Positions 9,028-18,158 of a stretch of 64,000 nucleotides of DNA are shown in pieces. The notes under the pieces were generated by a model. That model did no database searches. It was given only the letters and a program-made list of their open reading frames with translations, and was not told the DNA's origin. Position 1 is the first letter of the stretch. Each line of letters opens with the position of its first letter. The position numbers were made by a program, and so were the translations under genes. The stretch is taken from IMG/VR virus record IMGVR_UViG_3300033182_000980, positions 62,001 to 126,000 of that record. One strand, 5' to 3'.

Positions 9028-10276
9028 GGTCAGCCTTCTTTCTCCGTTTTTCGGCTCGTTGGTTCTTCTGTTTAATGGTAGAGACACCACCGCCTGGTCT
9101 ACGCTTGTACTTCTCAGGGTTCTTAGCATAGTTTTTCTTGTACTTCTTGTAAGTAGGGTTATGTTTCTTACGCTTGTAGAGTCTCTTCTGCTTCAGAAGA
9201 TTTCTACGATATTTAACCCGATACCTACGCTTGTACTTTTGAGACTGGCGTTTGGCTTGCCCCTTTTGTTTCCTCTGTCGCTTATTTCCTTTAGGTGGGC
9301 GATAGTTGTATCGGAACAAAGCGACTTTGATGAGGTCATCTCCGTCTATATCCCAATACTCGAAATCTTCAACAGAACCCATGACCCTACGCTTTAGGCC
9401 GGTTGAAGTGGATTGGTCTATATGAGGGTTTCCATACTGATCGCCTGGAATACCACTTGATCTCGGACGCTCATGGAGGGCTTTTCCATCGGGATGATCG
9501 TTTAATGCACTTGGGTCTTTCTTTGGACGATTCGCTCCACCTTGACCACTAGAGTCGGGAGGTGAGTTAATAACTCCTGGACCAACTCTTTGTTCGTCAC
9601 GACCTTCTGGATGTCCACTAGGTAAAGGAAGAACTCGATCTCTTTGAGGCTTACCGTCTTCATAATCTTCTCTTGATTTCTGTGGTGATGAAGTGTCGTT
9701 ATTGATTTGGTCTTGTCGGGTTTTATCGACCCATGTTTTGACACCTGCTAAGTCTTGTGCCGGTTGAGCCGCTGACTGTAGATAGCGAAGGGCTACCCTA
9801 CTAGCAGACGCTTTCTTCTTCTCTGTGATCTCTTTAGCTTCTTCACTGAAAGTCGGAGTATTAACAGGCTTCTTCCCACGATGTTTCGCTTCTTCACGCC
9901 TTTTCTTTTTGGCAAGCTCGGCTCGGTCTTCTTTAGACATTCCCCATGCCTTCTCTCGTGGCATACACTTGAGGGGTTTTTTGCCCCCACTTGTAACATC
10001 TGACCACTCTTTTTCACTAGATATGGCACATGGGCCAACAATGTCTCCTGGTTCATAGGTCTTGTCCTCTCCATCTTCTTTTTTGATCGTGTGTTTTACA
10101 GGTGTTATAGCAATCCAATCGCCCCATGTAGCACGATCATCGGGATCTCCACCACCATGTCCTGCAAACCAAGTACCTAACCCACCCTTACCAGTGTTCT
10201 TTTTTTTGGGGTCATCACGCTTTACGGACTCTAAATAGCGTTCAGCAACCTTTTCGATAAGACTTTTATTTTTCAT
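9020..10276 (-). CDS. Hypothetical basic multidomain protein with RVA-type motifs
   Basis: MKNKSLIEKVAERYLES; KGGLGTWF; SRVALRYLQSA; very K/R-rich C-terminus. Start inferred from GAGGT spacing. Confidence 0.75.
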   Translation of the reverse strand: MKNKSLIEKVAERYLESVKRDDPKKKNTGKGGLGTWFAGHGGGDPDDRATWGDWIAITPVKHTIKKEDGEDKTYEPGDIVGPCAISSEKEWSDVTSGGKKPLKCMPREKAWGMSKEDRAELAKKKRREEAKHRGKKPVNTPTFSEEAKEITEKKKASASRVALRYLQSAAQPAQDLAGVKTWVDKTRQDQINNDTSSPQKSREDYEDGKPQRDRVLPLPSGHPEGRDEQRVGPGVINSPPDSSGQGGANRPKKDPSALNDHPDGKALHERPRSSGIPGDQYGNPHIDQSTSTGLKRRVMGSVEDFEYWDIDGDDLIKVALFRYNYRPPKGNKRQRKQKGQAKRQSQKYKRRYRVKYRRNLLKQKRLYKRKKHNPTYKKYKKNYAKNPEKYKRRPGGGVSTIKQKNQRAEKRRKKADHE

Positions 10277-10287
10277 CGCCATATACC

Positions 10288-12183
10288 TCAAGGCCTACTA
10301 GAGATGAGTACACATTTACCAGAAGAGGGGTACTTACTCGTAAGCCTAACCCAAAGTTTTTTAGCAGTCGGATTGGTACTGCCGTTTGGTACGCAATAGT
10401 GGGGGGCAAAAACGAAAGGCTTTTTCAACTCATCCCAAATGTGTCGTATAAACCCTAAATAAAGATGATCTCCTAGCCTCTGACCTAAGAAATCTTCGTA
10501 TATCTCGGACTCGGACACAAAAGCCAAATAGATACTTGAGGTTGATCTGTCTCCCGCCTTTTCTTGAAGAACCCCTATGTCATAGTCACAAGGGCTGTCA
10601 AAGTTATAACTCCTACCCCACTCATACACAGCACCTTGAATACAACCTAGTTCCTCACCACCCCAACTTGTCCCATCGTCCTCCTGCATTTGAAGATTGA
10701 GGAAGAAAAGCACATCTAACCTCTCATGTCTGGTGTGATACTTTAAATCTACTTCCTCAAACTTGTGAGGTATAGAAGATAGTTTCAAGTATCTATGAGC
10801 CACCCTCTTTGCAGACTTCTCATAGCAGTTCTTATAGGGGCGACATGAAGCCTTTTCAGAGAAGCCCATGTCATCACAGCTTTTAGACTCACAATGCTCT
10901 TTATCCCACTTGCGTGGCATCTTGAACTCGGAGCTTTGTTTCTTCCACTTGCCCCCTAATCGCTTGTACTGAGCCAAAGCCCAACCGTTAGCATAAGCCG
11001 ATGGGAAGGTCTGAAACCCCTTGCCTTCATTGACAGGATTGACGGACTCTTTACCCCTAGAAACAGGTTTACTAGACTCACCTTTAGCTAGAGCTTGTAT
11101 CTCGGACCATAGCTTCTCATCGGTAGGTATGCTCTTTCCCCCTGCTTTCCTTAGAGGTGAAGAGTTATTGGCGAAGCCACTATCATAAGGGATAACCCTA
11201 GCACTACCGCTACCACTATCATGCACATAACCTCCGTCAAAGCCCTCGGCGGGTTTACGACCATAGGACTCGGAACGATCAAGATTTCTCGATTTGAGGT
11301 TAGGTGAGTCGGGGCTTGGGCGACCTATATTCCTCGCCCCATCACCATTTGGCATTTGAGAGCCTTCACCTTTGTCCTTAAGGTCTGTGCTTTTACCTGT
11401 GGGTGTTCCATTACTAAGGGTGCTTAACTCATCGGGTGGGCTAACCTGCCTAAAGAAATCGGCAACACGCATTTTTGCTGTTTCGGGAAACTCATTTTTG
11501 ATCTTCCTCACAGCTTTAATGTACTTTTTAGGTGCGTACTTCGCTAAGTCTTTAAGCCATGCCATAGGCTCTTTTAAATGCTTAGACCTGTATGAAGGAC
11601 GACTCGACTCACCTACAACATAAGAAACGATGTTTGCCACTTCATTTGGCTTTCTTCTCGATACGAAGTTGATTGCATTGATGGTGTCCTCTAAGCGAGG
11701 GTAAAACTCATTGTCATCTAAGCGATGGTGGAGTAGCTCACCTGTTTCTTGTCTATATTGTGGAGTCCTCTCCCTAAGACCAGGAAGCCCTGCTGTTGGA
11801 GAGTCCGCTCTCGGATCACCGTCTCGTGATCTGGTATAAAGGATTTGATATACATGAACCAACTCGTGTGCGACTACTCTATGAAGGGCTTCTGCTAGTT
11901 CTCTACCCTCATAGTTTTCTTCAAAGTAGAGAAGGTTCACATAAAGAACAGAGTTAGTTGGATCGTATTTAGCTTCAACTCTACTATACTTTTCGGACGC
12001 ACTAGGGGGTATGATCTCTACCCTCAAGTCTAAGTCCTCTACATGACCGCGAGTCCTCGGTGGTGGGGGTACAGTGACATTTTTACTAAGTTTGTCATAG
12101 ACACCGACTTGGCTTAATAAGTATTCTTCGACTTGTTCCACCACAGCTCTAGGTGGTCTTATTCTACTCGTTCTACTCTGCAT
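10288..12183 (-). CDS. Multidomain protein: HExxH zincin-like domain, PSAYANG/KRLGG module, Cys module, GNAT-like C-terminus
   Basis: VAHELVHVYQ; FPSAYANGWALAQYKRLGG; MPRKWDKEHC...GFSEKASCRPYKNCY; FLGQRLGDHLY...TNPTAKKLW. Preceded by a TAGTTTCTTTAT motif and GGAG RBS. Confidence 0.65.
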   Translation of the reverse strand: MQSRTSRIRPPRAVVEQVEEYLLSQVGVYDKLSKNVTVPPPPRTRGHVEDLDLRVEIIPPSASEKYSRVEAKYDPTNSVLYVNLLYFEENYEGRELAEALHRVVAHELVHVYQILYTRSRDGDPRADSPTAGLPGLRERTPQYRQETGELLHHRLDDNEFYPRLEDTINAINFVSRRKPNEVANIVSYVVGESSRPSYRSKHLKEPMAWLKDLAKYAPKKYIKAVRKIKNEFPETAKMRVADFFRQVSPPDELSTLSNGTPTGKSTDLKDKGEGSQMPNGDGARNIGRPSPDSPNLKSRNLDRSESYGRKPAEGFDGGYVHDSGSGSARVIPYDSGFANNSSPLRKAGGKSIPTDEKLWSEIQALAKGESSKPVSRGKESVNPVNEGKGFQTFPSAYANGWALAQYKRLGGKWKKQSSEFKMPRKWDKEHCESKSCDDMGFSEKASCRPYKNCYEKSAKRVAHRYLKLSSIPHKFEEVDLKYHTRHERLDVLFFLNLQMQEDDGTSWGGEELGCIQGAVYEWGRSYNFDSPCDYDIGVLQEKAGDRSTSSIYLAFVSESEIYEDFLGQRLGDHLYLGFIRHIWDELKKPFVFAPHYCVPNGSTNPTAKKLWVRLTSKYPSSGKCVLISSRP

Positions 12184-12212
12184 AATAAGCTCCTTTTCTT
12201 TATATTGGAGCG

Positions 12213-12224
12213 ATAAAGAAACTA
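12213..12224 (-). promoter_or_regulatory. Motif A
   Basis: TAGTTTCTTTAT upstream of the 12183-7426 operon. Confidence 0.6.
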
Positions 12225-12228
12225 TAAC

Positions 12229-12240
12229 TGTAACCCCTTA
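12229..12240 (+). promoter_or_regulatory. Motif B (TGTAACCCCTTA)
   Basis: Upstream of the ncRNA candidate and TATAAT. Confidence 0.5.
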
Positions 12241-12253
12241 GTTATTGTATAAT

Positions 12254-12510
12254 GTCGTTGGGGGATGCCACTAACCCGACAAAGCCTCTATGCTGTTGTA
12301 GAGGTAAACCACCCAATGAAAGGGTAGTGGTCGTTGTGAGTGATTCTGACCTCGCATCGTAGGTTCAATCTCAAAAGGGGAGTGCGAGCCACCAAGGTGA
12401 GATGTTGCGTCTTTCCTATATAAATCGGGCTTTACGCAGACTCAGATATGCTTGGCGAGGTCAGCTCACTTGCCCGACACCTCGGCTACTCTTAGGAGAG
12501 TCGGGGTGTT
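12254..12510 (+). ncRNA. Candidate structured non-coding RNA of unknown class
   Basis: TATAAT at 12248-12253; perfect 10-bp long-range helix CTGACCTCGC (12346-12355)/GCGAGGTCAG (12455-12464) extended by GTGAG/CTCAC; local hairpins; 3' terminator-like hairpin 12477-12509; no ORF. Confidence 0.55.
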
Positions 12511-12523
12511 TGTAACCCCTTAT
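12511..12523 (+). promoter_or_regulatory. Motif B (TGTAACCCCTTAT)
   Basis: Upstream of the 12566/CHC2 genes. Confidence 0.55.
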
Positions 12524-12565
12524 TTATAGAAACGAAGCCCCAATCTATCCAGAAAGGAATGAACC

Positions 12566-12799
12566 ATGACATCAGAAGGTTTTGCAGTTTTAGCGTTCAT
12601 CGCCCTATGTTTCGGGCTGATCTACATGGATCAAAATAGAGAGGTGTCCGTACACCTTTGCGAGTCCGAGGGCGTATCTACTTATGTGAGTAGGATCGCT
12701 CCCCCTCAAGAGTTGTCGTTTGGTGATTGCCATGAAGAAGTGATGGTCAATGAAAGATACTATCACTTACGACAAGTGATGAAGCGTGGGGTCAAATGA
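12566..12799 (+). CDS. Small membrane protein
   Basis: 77 aa, N-terminal hydrophobic helix, AAAGGA RBS. Confidence 0.65.
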   Translation: MTSEGFAVLAFIALCFGLIYMDQNREVSVHLCESEGVSTYVSRIAPPQELSFGDCHEEVMVNERYYHLRQVMKRGVK

Positions 12800-13308
12800 G
12801 CAAACGAGCTGAACGGATAAAAGAGAAGATCCCCATCCTCTCGGTATTAAGTGCCTATAACTATGATGTACATGGTCGGGATCATCAGCAACAGTTTAGA
12901 TGCGACCTACATGGTGATGGTTCGGATAACGCACCCTCGGCTCGTGTGTATCCAGAGACAAACACATGGTTCTGTTTCGCCTGTGGTAAAGTGCGAGACT
13001 CCATCGCTACGGTCATGGAGAAAGAGGGGTTAGACTTTGGTAAGGCTTGTACTGCCCTTGAACTCAAATATGGACTTGAGGTCTGGAAGTACGAGCCTAA
13101 GAAGGACATCTTTGAGGACACCTATGAAGACCCTACACGCAAGGAAATACTAGTGCGTAGGGTAGAGGGTCTATTAAACGAGAAAACCTCTAGGAGAGAG
13201 GATTATGAGGACACCTTACGCTATTGGGAGGTGTTCAATATGCTCTCCTCACTAGAGGACTCTAAGGTGCGTCAATGGGAGAAGCTATATAAGGCTTTAT
13301 CCTCTTAG
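12796..13308 (+). CDS. Stand-alone CHC2 zinc-finger protein (DnaG primase zinc-binding domain)
   Basis: FRCDLHGD...PSARVY...WFCFACG; ATGA overlap with the upstream gene; no TOPRIM domain. Confidence 0.85.
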   Translation: MSKRAERIKEKIPILSVLSAYNYDVHGRDHQQQFRCDLHGDGSDNAPSARVYPETNTWFCFACGKVRDSIATVMEKEGLDFGKACTALELKYGLEVWKYEPKKDIFEDTYEDPTRKEILVRRVEGLLNEKTSRREDYEDTLRYWEVFNMLSSLEDSKVRQWEKLYKALSS

Positions 13309-14981
13309 AAGCGACCACCGTCATCTTCTGGTGGGTTATACTTTAAGCCAAGATTTTTAGCGATGATCTCAATCGCTTCTGTGTTCTCGGCTAACATACG
13401 ACCTGCTTCGCCATAGACACCTCTAAGAACCTCATTAAACTGAGAGTCATTGAGCGTCCACATATCACGCTCAAGTTTAGCCTTAGTGGTCATAGGGTCT
13501 ACATTGAGGAGTTCTAAGATCACATCAATATCCAATGACCCCTTCTGATAAAGATTGAAGAGGGCATCGAATGTATCTTGGTTGTCTCTTAGCCCAAGTC
13601 GAGTGAAGCTAAGGGTAGGGTGTATTACAACCTCATCACCATCTTCATCTTCCTCAATGAAGCCCATGCGTCTACACATCGGTTTCAAGATGTTCTCCTC
13701 GACCATCTCTTGAAGAACCTCACGCATGAGCATATAGCGTGTGTTGATGACTTCTAGGTTGATCCTATCACCACTATAGCTTGACTCGCCCGAAAGCAGA
13801 GACTCGGTAACACCTAGACCAGCATACATTTGTCGGTCGGTCATGTCGTATTCACCCGATAGCTCAAGTAGACGAGAGTCTGCACCCATCTCCTCCCAAG
13901 AAACTTGGAAGTTAGCGATGATCGAGTAATCGGGGTCTTGGAGTGCAAGGTCAACTTGATCTCTTAACTCCTCAACATCAGCCGCGTCCATATCTTCTGC
14001 ATAAACGAGTCGGATAGGTGTCATGTGTCTTGAGGCGATTGAGGTTTGAGCCTGTCTTAACTTATCACGATACACCAAGATTCTGAGGCAACGCTCAAGC
14101 ATGGAGTGTCCACGAGGCTCATATTGAGATTTCTTACGAGCCATGTAGTAGACGAACGACCCTTGATCTGGATCGGTGTTGAGGTCAATGTTGCGTCCAT
14201 CTCGGATGGCTTCAACGACATCACCTGGCATTGAGTCTACTATCCTAAGAGCTGAAGGATCATTAACCGAAGCTCGTTCGACTACATCACGAGTCTTGCT
14301 GTCGGGGATGAGCTGGATGATCTTTTCGTTGGTGAAAGGAAAGCTCTCCATGTGGACTTGTTCGGGAGGGAGGATGCGAACACCAGTCCACCCTTTATAG
14401 TTCTTCTTGAGCCACTTGTAAGCTCGTTCATGGGAGTCCTCATATTCAGTCCACTCTGTGAAGGCAGACCCATCTTCTTTGAGAACATTCCGACCACTAT
14501 GAGTCACCTCTTGAGGCACATCTGGATTATTATCTTCACAGAAAACGAACACCTCACCGAGTAGGTTAAACTCATGTAGGATTTCTATAAGGCGGTGAAG
14601 TAGTCCGACACGCTTCGCCCACTTTTCACAGAACCTAAGTGCCTCATAAGCCATATCCCGATTACGAGCTTTGGGTAGACCTAATCTGATCTTAGAGAGG
14701 GGTAGCTCTGTATGTAGGTCTATCGCTTGACCTACGAAGGGGTCTGTTCGATAGAAGAACCTAAAATAGTTGCGTTGTTCGTCTTGGCTTTGGGGTAGCT
14801 CAAGGAAGTCAGTCGATAGCTCTGGTGAGTAGAAGTTCCCACCCGATCCCATCATAGAGCCACCTGTGGTCATAGCGACCTTGACTCTTGATTTCATCTC
14901 GGCAGGATTGAGCTTACGAGTGATCGCTTTTGATCGGGGTTTAATCTTCCCAACTGGTTTGGCTTCTAGTTCTTCGCTCAT
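13305..14981 (-). CDS. Phage portal protein
   Basis: 558 aa; RFFYRTDPFVGQAIDLHTELPLS, YEPRGHSMLERCLRIL and SYSG..INLEV resemble large-phage portal sequences. Confidence 0.7.
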   Translation of the reverse strand: MSEELEAKPVGKIKPRSKAITRKLNPAEMKSRVKVAMTTGGSMMGSGGNFYSPELSTDFLELPQSQDEQRNYFRFFYRTDPFVGQAIDLHTELPLSKIRLGLPKARNRDMAYEALRFCEKWAKRVGLLHRLIEILHEFNLLGEVFVFCEDNNPDVPQEVTHSGRNVLKEDGSAFTEWTEYEDSHERAYKWLKKNYKGWTGVRILPPEQVHMESFPFTNEKIIQLIPDSKTRDVVERASVNDPSALRIVDSMPGDVVEAIRDGRNIDLNTDPDQGSFVYYMARKKSQYEPRGHSMLERCLRILVYRDKLRQAQTSIASRHMTPIRLVYAEDMDAADVEELRDQVDLALQDPDYSIIANFQVSWEEMGADSRLLELSGEYDMTDRQMYAGLGVTESLLSGESSYSGDRINLEVINTRYMLMREVLQEMVEENILKPMCRRMGFIEEDEDGDEVVIHPTLSFTRLGLRDNQDTFDALFNLYQKGSLDIDVILELLNVDPMTTKAKLERDMWTLNDSQFNEVLRGVYGEAGRMLAENTEAIEIIAKNLGLKYNPPEDDGGRF

Positions 14982-15207
14982 GCTGATCCTTCTTATATTT
15001 TACGACAGCTTTTATCACTACTTTAAGTAGCTTGCTGTGTTTTGGGTGTCCTTCAAAGAATAATACCCAAGAGCCACCCTTACGAGTAAACACAATAGAA
15101 ATCTTTTCAAGCAACGAGTCTTTTGGATCTGATTGTCCATGACTCAGTTGCAAGATACGAGCGATGACTCGGTAGTCAGCTCTTTTTCGTTCTCTAGGTA
15201 ATGACAT
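14941..15207 (-). CDS. Hypothetical protein (overlaps portal start)
   Basis: 88-aa ATG ORF filling the gap; 41-nt overlap lowers confidence. Confidence 0.4.
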   Translation of the reverse strand: MSLPRERKRADYRVIARILQLSHGQSDPKDSLLEKISIVFTRKGGSWVLFFEGHPKHSKLLKVVIKAVVKYKKDQHERRTRSQTSWED

Positions 15208-15248
15208 ATTTTATACCCCCTCTGTTGTTAGGTGGGGATATAAAACAA

Positions 15249-15536
15249 CTATTGAGGTATATGATAACTATATGCTTCTGCCATTCGGATCATGCCGTCT
15301 ATGGTTGGATCATGGCTATTGGTATAAAACCTCAACCCCCCAAACTTTTCTTTGATCTGAACGACATAGAAGATGCCCGCATCTGGTGTCTGTATGAGGT
15401 GGCTCTGGATTTGATTGCATAAGGTATCGACCAATGGATACCAAGACTCGGACACTTCAAGATATGTCAGAGTCGGATCACCATATTCATCTGTGAACAA
15501 TGACTTCCACTTAGCGATCAACTCATCATGTGTCAT
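15249..15536 (-). CDS. Conserved phage hypothetical protein (QIKEKFGGLRFY family)
   Basis: GW-like SWYPLVDTL and QIKEKFGGLRFY motif common in phage proteins; ATG at 15536 overlaps the upstream stop. Confidence 0.7.
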   Translation of the reverse strand: MTHDELIAKWKSLFTDEYGDPTLTYLEVSESWYPLVDTLCNQIQSHLIQTPDAGIFYVVQIKEKFGGLRFYTNSHDPTIDGMIRMAEAYSYHIPQ

Positions 15537-16041
15537 TTTGCACCTCGTTGTACTGAACATAGAGTCCGTCTTGGTTGTATACCACATCCTCTACAAAGGG
15601 GTAAGATTTCTTTAAGTCCTCTAACTGACCTAAACGAATGTGAAACTTGTTCGGGTAGACGGGTTTGAACTTCAAGTATCCATTTTTATCTTCGACTAGC
15701 TCCCATTTCTCTCCTGTGTGAAGAGATGACTCATGTACACCTAGATTAAACTGAATATGGAGGATCAGCTTTTCTTTAGTTTGGGGTGTGGGCTTATCCA
15801 TGAACTCTTTGCGAGCCTTTTGGTATGACTTCCAATCCCATGTGGTAGGCACATCGCTGATAACCAGATTACTAAGGTGTTCGAGACAGGTAGACGAATA
15901 CTCGGCAACTTGAACTAAATCCTTATCCGACCCCTCGAATGAGTACATCTGTGTAAGCATAAGATGTTCATTAAGGATAGCTTCTAGTGCTTTGTTTAAT
16001 CGGTCTTGGTTTTCGGAGGTGATCTTTAAGATAGGGTCCAT
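15526..16041 (-). CDS. Hypothetical protein
   Basis: 171-aa ORF with AAAGG RBS. Confidence 0.65.
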   Translation of the reverse strand: MDPILKITSENQDRLNKALEAILNEHLMLTQMYSFEGSDKDLVQVAEYSSTCLEHLSNLVISDVPTTWDWKSYQKARKEFMDKPTPQTKEKLILHIQFNLGVHESSLHTGEKWELVEDKNGYLKFKPVYPNKFHIRLGQLEDLKKSYPFVEDVVYNQDGLYVQYNEVQNDT

Positions 16042-16054
16042 GCCTTTACCTTTG

Positions 16055-16066
16055 TAGTTTATTTAT
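16055..16066 (+). promoter_or_regulatory. Motif A
   Basis: TAGTTTATTTAT upstream of 16106. Confidence 0.6.
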
Positions 16067-16105
16067 ACCTACTTCTTTGCAGTAGAATAAGCCGAAGGAG
16101 AGATA

Positions 16106-17827
16106 ATGAGAGACAATCAGATATACCTCTACAATACCACAGTAGATGAAGCACTAGAGATACTTGGGATGGAATCTCGTAGAGACACAGCCCTCATTAA
16201 CCATGACGAGTTTGAAGTTAAGCTCAATAAAAAAGGCGACCATGTTATGGTGACTCTGTTAAGGGGTCTTGGCGACATGGACATTGATGACGGCATTATT
16301 CAGATCAAGATTGATTTTCCAGGTAAGTACCGAGATATGGAGAGCATTGATCGTGTACGAGCCGTTCTTGCACTTAATCCAAACAGCGATTGGTGGAAGG
16401 GCATCGTAGAGGAGCTTGAGGAGGGCTATCCTTTATCATGGAAAGTCGAAGAAATCTTGATTGAAACTGAAGAGCGTATTGAGAATCCAGATGAGGATGT
16501 ACTTGCTATGCTCGACCAAGCGATTGCAAGCAATCCTCGTTTTAGACTCCTTCAATCTTTCAAACAGCAAGTTTTATCTGGTCGTGAACTTTCAGAGCGA
16601 CAGATGGAGATCCTTGAGGAGAACTTAGGTTCAAGTGTTCCCTCAAACACCAATCAGATCGCTCGGATTAATGAAGCTCTCGCACTTGATCCTAGAAATC
16701 GTTTCGTTAGCCAGCTCAAGCAAAAAGCCGAGAATGGCATCACTTTGTCCGAGAGACAGATGAATGTGGTGGAAGAGATCATCGGAAGTCAGTCATCTCC
16801 TGCCGCTAAGATGCTCGCTGACCTTAAAGCCAATGCTTATCTTGAGCGTGAGGACTTTATGCTTATCAATAAAGGTCAGCGTAGGGGCATTGACTCACTC
16901 AATGATGAGGAGCGTAAGCGTTTGCGTCATCTCATCTACCGTAATGAGCGTAAGCTCGACAACACTTACTCCAAAGATGAAGTCAGAAGGCTTCTAAAGA
17001 AAGGAACAGCTATGCGTAGACTCGCTAGTGAAGTTATTCGTGATCTTGAGATGAGGATTGCTCGTCTTGAGGCAAACCTCAATCGTACTGCAAGCATGAC
17101 TCGTGAAGCCGCTGGAGATCCTCAGCTCGCTGGAGTTCGCTCAAGCACAGCTTACCATGAGGGTCGCTCAATGGCAGAGGCTACCTCTTGTATGCTTTAT
17201 CTCATCGGTGAGTCAGAGAATAAGAGCAAGTTCTACGAGATGGTCATCAACGGTTCTACCGTAGAAATCCTTTATGGTCGTCTCGGTTCTACCGGTCGTA
17301 GAGCAGATAAGTCATTCATGGACTCTTATGATGCACAGGCTTTCTTTGTTAAACAGCTCAAGTCTAAGCTCAAGAAAGGTTATGTCTCTGCATTCGCACA
17401 GCGTGGCGAGCATCGTAAGAGCGGTCCTCTCTATGGAACTTACCCAATCGGACTTACCTCTACTCCTGGACCTTGGCAGAACCAAGACATCGCTTATGAC
17501 CAAGCGATGATTACAGATACAGTTTCTGTTGTTCGTGCGGCGATTGCTTCATTCCAAGAGGACGGTATTGTTGATGAGCGAGCAATTGCTATGCTTATGT
17601 CTACACAGCGTTCACTCGGATTAAACAGGGATCAACTCTCACAAGAGTGTGCTAAAGAGATCGGTCTTGCTCTTGATCGTATCCAAGGTACAGGTCGTGC
17701 GGGTCGTCAGCCTGTTGAAGTTCGTACTCGTACTGCCATCAAGGGTCTACAGAAACTCATGCGTAAACTTGAGGGTGCTATGACTGGTGGTCGTAGAAGA
17801 GCTTTTTATCAAAAAAAAAATTGGTAA
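16106..17827 (+). CDS. Repeat-containing protein with internal MRRLASE leader and WGR domain
   Basis: Tandem ~50-aa repeats (NP..F..S.KQ....G..LSERQM..IEE); MRRLASEVIRDLEMRIARLE from 17012; NKSKFYEM...VEILYGRLGSTG...KLKKGY is WGR-like. Confidence 0.75.
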   Translation: MRDNQIYLYNTTVDEALEILGMESRRDTALINHDEFEVKLNKKGDHVMVTLLRGLGDMDIDDGIIQIKIDFPGKYRDMESIDRVRAVLALNPNSDWWKGIVEELEEGYPLSWKVEEILIETEERIENPDEDVLAMLDQAIASNPRFRLLQSFKQQVLSGRELSERQMEILEENLGSSVPSNTNQIARINEALALDPRNRFVSQLKQKAENGITLSERQMNVVEEIIGSQSSPAAKMLADLKANAYLEREDFMLINKGQRRGIDSLNDEERKRLRHLIYRNERKLDNTYSKDEVRRLLKKGTAMRRLASEVIRDLEMRIARLEANLNRTASMTREAAGDPQLAGVRSSTAYHEGRSMAEATSCMLYLIGESENKSKFYEMVINGSTVEILYGRLGSTGRRADKSFMDSYDAQAFFVKQLKSKLKKGYVSAFAQRGEHRKSGPLYGTYPIGLTSTPGPWQNQDIAYDQAMITDTVSVVRAAIASFQEDGIVDERAIAMLMSTQRSLGLNRDQLSQECAKEIGLALDRIQGTGRAGRQPVEVRTRTAIKGLQKLMRKLEGAMTGGRRRAFYQKKNW

Positions 17828-18105
17828 GAACAGCGGTTTCTAAGACCAAGATGTTTCACGATGTGAGAGAAAACCTAGATGACAATCTAGGCAGACTCCA
17901 CGACCTTCGAGAGAAGTTTGAAGATCACGAGTTTTTAAGTGAGAGTCGTGATCTTCAAAAAATCTTTAACGATGCCTCTGAAATGCTAGATAACCTCAAT
18001 GATGAAGATGTGCTTCGACCTTACAAAGACTTCTTAGATAGGTTTAATAAGATCGAAGCTATGCTCAATGAGGTTAGGACGAGATGTCTACATAGACAGC
18101 ATTAA
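17821..18105 (+). CDS. Helical hypothetical protein, possibly the -1 frame continuation of 16106 ORF
   Basis: TTG start directly after an A10 run and without an RBS. Confidence 0.55.
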   Translation: MVRTAVSKTKMFHDVRENLDDNLGRLHDLREKFEDHEFLSESRDLQKIFNDASEMLDNLNDEDVLRPYKDFLDRFNKIEAMLNEVRTRCLHRQH

Positions 18106-18158
18106 GTTTGTAGTCTTTAGATACACACTCTTTAGTAAATAAGCTAAGGAGGTGTATC

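Noticed and set aside
12254-12510. tmRNA or tRNA identity for the structured RNA
   Set aside because: It starts GGGGG and contains CCACCA internally, but there is no matching acceptor stem and no proper T-arm at the 3' end.
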